Shown here: one piece after another, positions 51,051-62,400 of the stretch | How positions within the stretch are numbered: the first letter of the stretch is position 1 | Layout: every line of letters starts with the position of its first letter | NCBI GenBank assembly: GCA_964106915.2 | Contig: OZ066918.1 | Strand: one strand, 5' to 3' | Length of the DNA: 64,000 nt | From: Podarcis gaigeae | Lineage: Eukaryota | The notes under the pieces: model-generated | The model's input: only the letters and a program-made list of their open reading frames with translations | Told to the model about the DNA's origin: nothing | Database searches by the model: none | Program-made: the position numbers and the translations under genes

Positions 51051-53544
51051 ACAGCAAATTCAGTCTCTCACACACAATGGATTTCATCATGCTGAACCCA
51101 ACAGACAAGAAAAAATGGCAATAATCTGGCATCTATGTTAACTGATCTATTGCGGATTCTTGACTTGTTTGAAACAACACCTGTTAATGTGCCAGATGTG
51201 GCACAGAGGGGCTTATCAATGGCTTTGGAACTGTTTAGAGTGTGCTCTCAGAAGCAACCTTTCCCCTCCTGTTCATATATGTAGCAGGCAAAGGACACTC
51301 TTTTAAAAAGCTGGCCCTGAGGTTAAATATACAAACTTTTTATTGTTATTTAAATGATCTTATGATAATGAGATATGAGGCTCAAGGAGCAACTCAGTTA
51401 TGAGAATGCCTTCAAAATTTGGCTTCAACAAGAAGATCCTATTTGGATAATGGTCAATTTGTGCAAATGGAGCCAATTTTCTGTTTCATTTATAAAACTT
51501 TCCCTTCCCATACAAAAGCACCCAAACTTCCCTTGAAGGAAGAAATGAACAAAAGACAGAACAGAATTTGACATTTCTTCCAGGCCTCTTCTGAAATCAC
51601 ATTTGGCAGGCAACCTCAAGTCTGCACAGAGCGCCTGAGAATGTGCATGGCAAAAACATTTTCAGATTTGATCTGTTTTTGTTTTCTTAAGACATCTGTG
51701 CTCTCTTAGCACTCAGGACAAACCTCTGCAAACTCAAAATAAAACCCCAGCTCATAAAGACAAATTCAGCTTTGAATTAATTACCAACGAGTGGTTAATG
51801 AATGGGCTTCTTAAGTTAAACAGCTTATATAGAGAGGGATTAACATTTATTCAGCTCAAGGAGAAGGAAGCCTTTAAACTGGCTTTGGAACGATATTTTA
51901 AGAGTAAAATATTAGCCTCAACACAAAGTACAAACACAGGGTTTTTCTGCATAAAACTACACCTGAATAAGAGCATACCATCATCTATGGCTATGATGCA
52001 CACGTGTGTAAATCAAGATTATCTCAAAAGCATCCATTCAATCCAAAGAGGTCTCCATTCAATTTGGAGGCCCCACAATGAGACTTGACACTTCAGGCAC
52101 AGAACCATGACCTCAACAACCTGATTCATACTTCCTGTAAAAATATAGAGAGGACACAAAGGGCTATTCTTGCAATAGTGAAACAACTTTTTTTTCTTTA
52201 TTAACCTGCTTTGCTGGTAAAACAAGCTATTGTGAATCTATGAGCTATTCAAGGTAATGTTGCTAAATTTCTTCCATTGTGTTGGTAGAGGTGGGATCTC
52301 AAATGACCAGAGAGGTGAATATTATAGTTGGCTTAAACTTTCACATTGTGTCAAGATGTGTTAAAAATAAGGTTCTCATATGCAAACATATTTATATAAT
52401 TCTGTTCATGCCTTGTTATTCAAATAATCCCAGATCCAGCCAAGGAAAACTTTGAAACTGAAGGTGGCAGACGGGAGTAACTGTTTTTAATATCAGCATG
52501 AAAGCAAATGATTAAACAACAGTAACAACAGACAGACCATTAATTCAGTTTGAGATTCAGTTGTCTGTGGGCTTGAAGACTTCAACAAATGAAATCACAT
52601 AGCATTCTCAGAGTAAAGGTATTATTTATTGCAAGCATTAATTGCAAACTCCTTTTACAACATGAAAATGAAGCCAGGTACCTTTATTAATCCTGCATGC
52701 ACTTTTTAAATGGAAAAGGCAATATATTTTAATTAAATATATGTCGTATTTGGTTACCAACCAGACTTTTCATAGGTGCAATATATGTTATTGCATTCTT
52801 TTTTTTTCTGACAAAGAGAATGTGAAAAATTGCAGTATCTAATAGTGTAATGGCCACATCACACATTGAGTTTCTTATATGGACACAATCTTTGTGTAGT
52901 TGTCTAAGACTTCTGCAAGGGTTCCTGGCCTAGTGCAGATATAACCATATTAGTGTTAACCAGGGTGTGTTTCCTTAACCCTATTAAGATTTAAAATGTA
53001 TAGTGAACAATGGTTTAGCTTGCCTAAGCTAAGCTTTCCTCCCTGAGGGAATAAGTGGAAAGATGATAAAAAAGTAATTAAACTGTGAACTGATTTGGAC
53101 ATAATGTTTAAATAGGGTTAAGCATGACTTTAACAAGTCTGGGGCATGCACACTCTCCTTTCCCCATTCCTCCTCTTGCACAGCCACAAGGAGGAAGTAA
53201 GAAACATCTCTTTCCACTTTTAAACTAACCAGAATTCTCTATTAGGTTTAAACCCAGGGAACAACCCAGGTTCATGTCATAGTTTGATCCTGTGTGGTTT
53301 GAACTAACCATAGTTAAAACTAACCAGAGCTTCTTGAGTTCTGACCTAAAGGTATAGTATAAAAATGGAAGCAAACACTTCCAATCTCCTTTTCATGGTC
53401 ATGCTCCCAGAGGAGGAGAAGAGGAGAATGAAAGCCTGAGTTTCATTCACATAATACAAAATCATAGTTTAGTGTTACATTAAAAAAGCTCTTATTCCTT
53501 TAGTTCTGGTTTGCACCCTCTTGGTAGTTCCTCCAGACTCTGAA

Positions 53545-53774
53545 GTTCAGAGGGTGGTGGCCTGAGAGGGCATTCTCTGCGGCAGCTCCTTCATTATACA
53601 GGTTCCAGCAAATGCTGATGACACACCTCTTTACCCTGGCTTTTGACACTTGAGGCAAATATTGTCACGACCCAGCTTATTTCTGTCATAGTAAGTTGTC
53701 TTAAACTGTTTTTGATATTGTGTTTTAGTGTCGTAACCCACTCTGGGACCTTAGGGTGAAGGGTGAGTATGAAA

Positions 53775-53809
<35 letters not shown>

Positions 53810-53810
53810 A
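53545..53810 (+). mobile_element. L2-clade LINE 3' end with a (TAAA)n tail
   Basis: gagagggcattctctgcggcagctcct (RAFS..AP), then gtaacccactctgggacc...gaagggtg and (aaat)n at 53772-53808. Confidence 0.7.
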
Positions 53811-54229
53811 ACAAAACTTGAATGAGTCGCAATCCTCAGGCTCGTGCACTCTCTTCTCTTTTGGTGCAACCATAGGGAGGAAATGGGAAGCTTCCATTTC
53901 CAACTAACCATGGTTACTTGTTACGTACAAACTGTCCTCAGCTATGACTAAGGGAAACCAGTCAACTTGAAATCATGGTTAATGATTCTGATTTGTTTCC
54001 CCAAATCGTAATTAATCCTGACCACAGTTCTCATTCAGCCATAACCAGTTAGTTGAAAACAGCTGTAGGAGCTTATGATCTCCTCCTTACAGCCACAAGA
54101 GGGGAAAAGACAGGATGGGGGAGTACATGAATCTGACGCCTGGCCTGGGTACATAACACTAAGTGATGGCTTTTGTCTTATATGTGACTCAGGCCACTTG
54201 TTTAAATATTGTTATGTACTGAGCCACTG

Positions 54230-54573
54230 GGGATGCGGGTGGCGCTGTGGGTTAAACCACAGAGCCTAGGACTTGCCGATCAGAAGGTCGGCAGTTCGAA
54301 TCCCCGCGACGGGGTGAACTCCTGTTGTTCAGTCCCTGCTCCTGCCAACCTAGCTGTTCGAAAGCACATCAAAGTGCAAGTAGATAAATAGGTACCGCTC
54401 CAGTGGGAAGGTAAACGGCATTTCCGTGCGCTGCTGTGATACACCAGAAGCGACTTAGTCATGCTGGCCACATGACCCGGAAGCTGTACTCCCTCGGCCA
54501 ATAAAGCAAGATGAGCGCTGCAACCCTAGAGTCGTCCACGACTGGACCTAATGGTCAGGGGTACCTTTACCTT
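54230..54573 (+). mobile_element. Sauria SINE (lacertid/Podarcis-type), full length
   Basis: gggatgcgggtggcgctgtgggttaaaccacagagcc...gttcgaatccc...ggtcaggggtacctttaccttt; 13-bp TSD tactgagccactg / tactgagctgctg. Confidence 0.92.
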
Positions 54574-57500
54574 TACTGAGCTGCTGTGATTCAGCAGCTT
54601 CTTTCTGATACCAGCAGAATTGCCAAAAATGTAATTGCCTTCATGTGCTATGCTATCGTGTGTTAACAGCATAGATTGTATATTTTAATATGTCTTTCTC
54701 AGATGATCCAAAACGAGAGTTTGACTGATCCTGAAATACTGGCTTACTGAAACATTATGTATTATAAAGATGTTACAAACAGAAGCAAGTAGCGTAAAAA
54801 GCACGGCTGCAATCCTTCCATTATCTAATGCGAAGGCCAGCTTAAAGGATATCCAGGCAATTAAAATGTTTTTGTAAGTGTTAATTACATCTGACTTAAT
54901 TAACTAATGACTGATTGATCTTTTGATCACATTAGGTTCATAAGTGCAATTGTCTTAACAGAAGTATGGATTACAATCATTGTCTAATTAAACAAAACAA
55001 AAAAAGTAGCTTATATTAGAAGCCAAACACAGATTTAATAGTTCTTTAGGGTCATTTTGTTAAAGTATATTAATGTGCTGCCTAAGGTCCCCTGTGATCA
55101 GCATTCCTCATGTACTTTAACATTAGCTAGAATAGTTTTTTGGGGGCTGCAGTTGTTCTGACCTTAATTTGCAAGCATTAACTTCATTGATTTCCTCAGG
55201 ATACAGTGGCCCAGTGGAAAACAACACACATTCTTATATTCAAGATCACTAATGAACTAATGCAATTTATATAGATGCATTTTCTCACAGCACTGGCAGA
55301 GCATTTGCTGCATGGAGGGTTACTTCCCTTCATGTACAGAAGGGTGGGTGCAGACTGGTAATCAGGAGTTATGCTTGCATGATGCTTAATCACAAAGACT
55401 ACGTGTGGCCAAGCAAGCTGTGGGAAGAAGGCATTTATTTAACCTCCACGTATGTATTAAACACTAAAGCCCTGATCAGGAGAATAAAGTACTGATCAAA
55501 AGGAGAGAGACCTCGAAGAGCAGGTCAAGATTAACAAGCATTAGCCAAGCAGCTAGAACAGAGTACAGCTGTGCCTTTTACACAGCCTGTGATTCACGCC
55601 AGGGCTAACTATTCTTACCCAGGGCTCAAAGGAAGTGGCCTAGTTTCTTCAAACTTTTTAGATGCCAAAGTAAAGGAGTAAACTATTTCTGGGCCTGAAG
55701 CAGATAACTTGCAACCATAGGTAAGGCCATTACTAGGAAAAGATTGCTTTACAGAAGTCCAACAGGAAGGCAGTAGTAATCAGGAAGCTTACAGCTGGCA
55801 TTTTAGTGCCTGCTGTAAGATTGCTTACTCTGTTGTACATCGCAATTGCTTCTGATTTGATTTGCTTGCGTCATTTTGTTTTAATGCAATTTGAGCACTT
55901 ATGCATTAAAATATGAGAGCGGTGTGTTTGAAATGGTCACTAACTAAAAGTTGTTCTCATTTATTGTCTTCTAAGGTTAAGGATGGGGTCACCCACATAA
56001 GCTGTTTTCCATTACAGTTTAAAGTAATTGCCTACAACCAGGAGCAAAGAAAATGTCATGGGGAAATGACTGTCTCCAGTAGAACACTTATCTATTCAGT
56101 GCTAGACACACTGTGTCTCAAGTCAACTGCATGTACCAACAGGAAGGAAAGCACCCTGCAGAAACCATATTACACCACTGGATGATGGTGACCAGAAACT
56201 ATATTCCTCATCTCCAAACACAAGCTGCTTGGATGCTTAGTTAAAGAACCGATTCATGCTTTTGACAAATGTGGATAACAACTCAAAGCTTGTGATAAGC
56301 TGAAGCTTATACACAGCTATATCATGTGCACCAATGGGAAAGGAAAAGTATGTGTTCAGAAGAAGTGCATGGATCATTTTCATCAATGTAGGCAACTGTA
56401 GGAAGCTTTCAAGATGGAAGTGTGGGGCTTAAATGGAATTGTGCTCACTGTGCTCATGCAAATTATCAGCAATCCAGTTCCCAGCGTAAATCTCTGAAAC
56501 TGTTGTGATTTGGGGGAAGCACAAACCAAAGCCAGTTCATGCTACAGCAGGGAACTGGGGAGGAAGGTTAGTTCTTAAGAAATGGTACATGATAGTGGGA
56601 TTGCACATTCTATGCACACTTAAAGCCTCTTTGGAGTTCCCCCAAAGAATCCTGGGAACTGTAGTCTGTGAAGTTCTGTGAGGGGGAACTACAGTCCCCA
56701 GGAATCTATTGGGAATCTACCCGCTTTAAATGTGCACTGGATGTGTTTTAAGTCTGTGGTGTGGATCTGTCTTTAGTCTGTTGGTATAGACTGAAAAGAC
56801 TAGCTGTATGCTTCCACAGGTTATCATTTTGTATACTATCTATGCTTAAATGCAAAATTATGTTTTGAATATACAAAGTTAAAAACAATTATTATGTGAA
56901 CCAAACAGGGGCATGTTCACATTACCACCTTATAGTGCATACGTAATGCATTTTGGATAACCTCATGTGAACACAGATTACAAACCAGAACTGGAAGCCT
57001 ACCTATGCACAGTAAACAGGAGTGGGAACACAACCTATATTTCCTTGTGAAGAGTTTTATAGCAGCCCAGAAGATGCAAGATGCATCAACAACTCAAGGG
57101 TTGAGCAAGATAAAAAACACATTAAGAGATCAAGGCTATAAACAAAAGTATCAAGGATGCTATTAAATTGACTGAAATGGGAGGAAGGGAGGACTTTGGC
57201 ATAAGCCTGTTTTTGTTGCTGTTGTTTAATGTATTAGAAAAAGGCCTCTTTGGACACAGAGTCACTTTTCTACCCAAGCATTTGAAGACACCAAAAGAAG
57301 CTATTTCAAAAATACTTCATTTTAATGCAATACGGTGAGTCTAGCAGTCAGTTATCTACATCCAGCTATATATGCAGGAGGTGGTCAAGGGTTAGCCTTC
57401 CTTTCCTCAAGTTGTTATTGTGGCTATATCCCTTTCTACTTAAATATCTGCCATGGCGGTGCAATGACAGCATGAACTCATCTATAGTTTGTTTAGCCAC

Positions 57501-57854
57501 TGTTAATCTCCTTATAAACGCTCTTGGCATATTGGATAAAGTTATACTTAGTGAAGGCAATCTCATTAGTAGGCTGGATTTTGTTTAACAGAATTGACTA
57601 CTTTTTCACATCATGTTGTTACCAGTCTTTTTTTTTTAGCTGCTGCTAGTGGTAGTGGACAAATTTGAGCATTGCAAGCTCTGATTTGTTTTCTTTTTTT
57701 ACCAGAACCTTGAGACGTGGAGAGGTAATTGACATTAAAGTATACAATCCCTTTAAACACATATGGTCAGCCTAATAATTTATTTCAATTTCTAGCTCTG
57801 AGCTCACAGCCCTTTCACAACCAGATCCCCTCATAGCAGTTGGCAAGAATGTGT

Positions 57855-59438
57855 CTTGAGGGGGAGGGAGAAAACATTATGAACGACAAAAGAGCACCTG
57901 GCACTGGGGATAGTAGCTTCTTTGATGCCCAGGAAACTGAGGTGGTGCTCCAGAAACCTGCTAAAGGGCAAGAAATGACAGGAAGGAAGCAGTTCATGGT
58001 TTCAGTTGTCTCTACAGGAATGCACAGAGTATGGGAAACAAAAAAGATGAACTGGAGCTTTTAATACAGGATGGCAAATATGACCTGGTAGGCATTACTG
58101 AAACCTGGTGGGATGAGACTCATGACCGGAATGTAGAAATTGAGGGGTATAACCTGTTCAAAAGGAATAGACCAAACAGGAAGGGGGGGGGGAGTAGCAT
58201 TGTATATAAAGGATGTGTACACTTGTGAAGAAATCCATGACCTAGAGCATGAAAAGCAGATTGAGAGTATATGGGTAAAAATTGTAGGAGAGAGAAACAA
58301 CAGTGACCTTACTGTGGGTGTATGCTATAAACTGCCAAGCCAGACTGAAGACTTCGATGATGCCTTACTACAGCAGATTACCAAGCATTCAAAAAAGGAG
58401 AATTTATCTGTTGGGACTCAAACTCTGTCCTCCTGATTGATGAAGTGGAAGTGCTCTGAAACTTGGGAGGAAGTGATCATGCTCTCCTGGGTTTCAGCAT
58501 ACAGAGGCAAGGGGAAACTGAGTGTAGTCTGACACGTACTCTGAACTTTAAGAAGGCCAATTTTGAAAACCTGAAGGAGCTAATGGGTGTGATCCCATGG
58601 TCAGAAACTCAATGAGAAGGGAATCCAATAAGTGTGGGAGTTTCTAAAGGAGAAATATTGAAGCCCCAAATGCAGACAATATCAACAAGAAAGAAAAGTG
58701 GGAAGCATCTAAGGAAACCAGTGTGGCTACATAAAGAGCTTATAAATGAGCTGAGGGTTAAGAAGGCCATGTATAAGAAATGGAAGAAAGGGGAAATCAC
58801 AAAGAAGGAATATACACAAGTAGCCAACAGTTGCAGGGGGAAAGTCAGGCTGGCTAAAGCTCAGAATGAGCTCAGGCTTGCAAGAGAGGTTAAAAATAAA
58901 AATAAAAGGTTTCTTCAGCTATGTCTGAAGTAACAGGAAGAACAAGCAAGTGATAGGTCCTCTGTGTGGGGAACACGGAGAAATGATATTGGGTAACAGA
59001 GAAAAGGTTGAACTACTCAACACCTACTTTGCCTCTGTCTTCACCCAAAAGGAAAGTGATGCCCAACTTGGTGATAACAGAATAAATGATGCAAGGAGGG
59101 AGATGCAGCCCAAGATAGGAAAAGAGGTAGTAAGGGAACACCTGGCTACTTTAAATGAATTCAAATCTCCAGGGCCTGATGAGCTGCATCCAAGGGTACT
59201 AAAGGAGTTTGCAGATGTAATTTTAGAGCCCTTGCCTTCATGCTTGCCTATAAATCTTTCTGACAGTAAGAGCTCTTCAGCAGTGGAACAGACTCCAGTA
59301 AGAGGTGGTGGACTCTCCTTCCTTGGAGGTTTTTAAACAGAGGTTGGGTGGCATCTGTCATAGATGCTTTAGATGAGATTCCTGCATTGCAGGGGGTTGG
59401 ACTAGATGACTCTTGACAACTCTAAGAGTCTATGATTC
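57855..59438 (+). mobile_element. CR1 LINE copy with a frameshifted ORF2 (APE endonuclease plus linker), RT domain deleted, 3' end retained
   Basis: CLYRNAQSMGNKKDELE...YDLVGITETWWDETHD...GYNLFKRNR..RKGGG/VALYIK...ESIWVKI...VGVCYK; KPVWL...KKAMYKKWKKG; ELLNTYFASVFT...KSPGPDELHPRVLKEFADVILEPL. It then jumps at about 59235-59255 to the CR1 3' end and the tail ctatgattct. Confidence 0.92.
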
Positions 59439-62400
59439 TTACTATGGCAGCAAAGACAGTCCTAAAACACTAACGCAGGTGGACTCCTTCTCCTAACTTC
59501 TCTCATGACTTTGGCATTGTTTATCAAAATCCTTCTCACCAAAATGAGGGTTAAAAAAAATTATACTAAAAAAGTTTAAACCTGAAAATCTCAGATGTGA
59601 CTAGCACCATGGTGGAAAATGACAACCATGAAGGCGATATCATCCATTCTTCCACAACTACGTCAATACCATGGAGTTAGTGTACTTCATGAGACAACCC
59701 ATAGTAGTGTGTTGATCTGTGCCTGAACTAGGTCAAATTAGATGTTGCAGATATTAGCATCAACATGTAATTGTGTTCCCGTTAGATTGCCAAAAGCCTG
59801 GGAGGAGAGAACATTTTCAAAAGTGCACACACACAAGCATAGGATCAGAACATGACACAGCCAGTTTGTATTGAAGAAGTTGGAACATGGAGCCAAAGGA
59901 ATTCAGATAAAATGGTCCTGCCAAGGCAATGTGCCTAAGCACAGACATGCAGAAATGTGGATGAGGTCAAAGGGTATTCTGTCTCAATCTGCTCGTTAAG
60001 AGTCTGTTCTGTAATTAAAGCCTCTTGTTGGAGAAAGAGGAGAGGTGAACAGCTATTATTCAGGGCCAGGCAGAGAAGCAAAGCCTTATTAGAGATGGTT
60101 TTAAAGGAAGTCTCTTTGCTGATAGCCATGGTGTTTGTACAGGCAGATGCTTGCAAGTTGAGTTGTATACAGTTCATGGAAACAGATGCAGACCTGCTAT
60201 GCAGTTTAGGAAGAGAGCAGCTATTTCAGAGATTTTATGAAAAATGAAAAACAAAAGATTCTTGCCCTTAAGAGTAAAATGATATTATGCCAACATTGTT
60301 TTAAATATCTACAAAGATCTCAAAAAGAAAAACAAAAAAATGGAGAGGGGGTGTTCAAGTGTGGGGCTTCTCAAGCAATTAAAAAGACGTGGAATTGTTA
60401 ACGAGAGGTATGTGATGTATGATTCCATTTGAAAAACAGCAACAACCATGTTAGCGCTACAATTTAAAGAGCTGTCAACAGCTTTTGCAAAACACTCGAC
60501 ATTGCTGTCAATGATATTGGTTAAAGACCCACCCAGAAGAACACCTAGCAATCCAGATGCAGCATGCAAAAAGCATTTTGAAAGTATGCGCATTCTGAAT
60601 ATATCCTTTAACCCCAAGCGGGACCTGAGCACAAGAGCACTCTTCCACTCCTGCAATTTCATGCAGCTGGTATTCAGAAGCATCCTATTTCCAACCAAGG
60701 AGGCACAGCATATTCTCCATCATGGCTCCTCCATAACCATCAGAATGCTTCCTAAGCAAGGCAGAGTATTCACTGTGTTTAAAATGAATAAATTCGCCCT
60801 GTAGTAAGCGTGAATTCAGGACCAAGAAAAGCTGGATTCTAAAAACTCTCCGAACATTAAGCAGGTTTAATTATTTTGCAACATTTCTTTTGCTTATCAC
60901 ACTACAAGACAAAGAATGGTACAGGGCACTGACATGTGAACGGCAGAAATCTAGCCTCAGATTCTTCTCCAGTTTCTAACATTTCACCAAGCACTGGCCA
61001 TACATTTTCAAGCCTATCTCTGAAGTTTAACAGATGAGATCAAAAGGGGTGGGATGGAGAAAACCAATATTTTCCAGGTTATTAATTCTATACCCATTAC
61101 TTCAGTGGGTACATACAAAGCTTTATACTTCATAATATTAAGTCAAATTTAATATCTGTTAGACTTTGACATGTGATCTATAAGAAGAGGTGTAGGTGAA
61201 GGATCTTCACCTGTTTTCATGGGAAGAATACCTCTTGCTTTCTTCCTGATGGGCCATCAATGCCATAAGCAGCAAATTATTGATTTGGATGCACACACTA
61301 GGCGATGTACCCATTCTCTAACCTATCCTCCACTGCAAAACATGTATCCCCAGCATAAAACTTTGCCCCTTTGAGCAGAAAACAGCTGAAAACCAGAAGA
61401 GATGAGCTCTATCCTTGGTGAACCATGTCCAAATATTGGTCTCTCGGTTTCTCATTTTGTCTTAAAACATTTCGACAGCAGCATACAACCCAGGAAGAAT
61501 ATCAGAATATGCAACGGTCCATTAACATCACCTGACCTTAATCTAACATAGAAAAGTGTATGGCAGATGTGCTATCGGTAGAGAATAATTATATGACCAT
61601 AAGCAACATGATTTAATGGGGAATGTGTGAATTTATAAATTTCTTTGAAATCCAGATTTTCATTGGAAGGTCCAGCACAGCTAATCCTGTTAGTAATAGG
61701 ATTTAGGCAACGAGATGAGAAGCAACACAATAACACACATGGTGCTTCATCTCTCCGAGCTAATTTTCATGCAGTGATATTTTTAGATAAAAAGGCACCA
61801 CTTCACTTTCTTGTGAGAGCAATAATAATAGATAATCAAAAGGAACTACAAACATACCTCCCCTGTGGTTTATATTCCCGGTAAGATATACCCTAGCAAA
61901 ACGCAATGGTGAAAGGGAATATGTTTATGTAATAAAATCCCTTTGAAATAGCTCTTGATCCTTATGAGCTTTCTCAAAGAAACAGGGCAAATTGTGAGAT
62001 TTATATTGTGTGTGTTAAATATTCATAGGGATTTTTGTGATTTTCATCCTATGATTAAGCTTTGTTACCAACTGACCATACTTACCTCTGCATAATTTCT
62101 TTTACGATTATTTTTTTCCAATGTTTGAACAAGATTATATATACATTTATGTAAATGTACATCTGTGAGCATACAGCACATTACCAGAGCAGGTCTATTC
62201 TCAAAGGTTTCATAATGAATAAGACTCGCAACAACAGATTGGTTTGAGGAACAGAGTCTATGAGATTAGCTGCCCACTTACACTGGTACAGACCTAGTGA
62301 AGCCTATAGGACTACACCAGTGTAAGCAGCCTGTGAATGGAGCAGCCCATAAGCACATAGCTGTATCTTCTGGGCATAGGAACAGATCTGATAGAAAAAT

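Noticed and set aside
20575-54573. Inverted Sauria SINE pair as a dsRNA or circRNA driver
   Set aside because: The copies are 33 kb apart with no identified exon between them, so efficient pairing is unlikely
58031-59336. CR1 ORFs as a domesticated endonuclease gene
   Set aside because: Multiple frameshifts, stop codons and deletions break the reading frame
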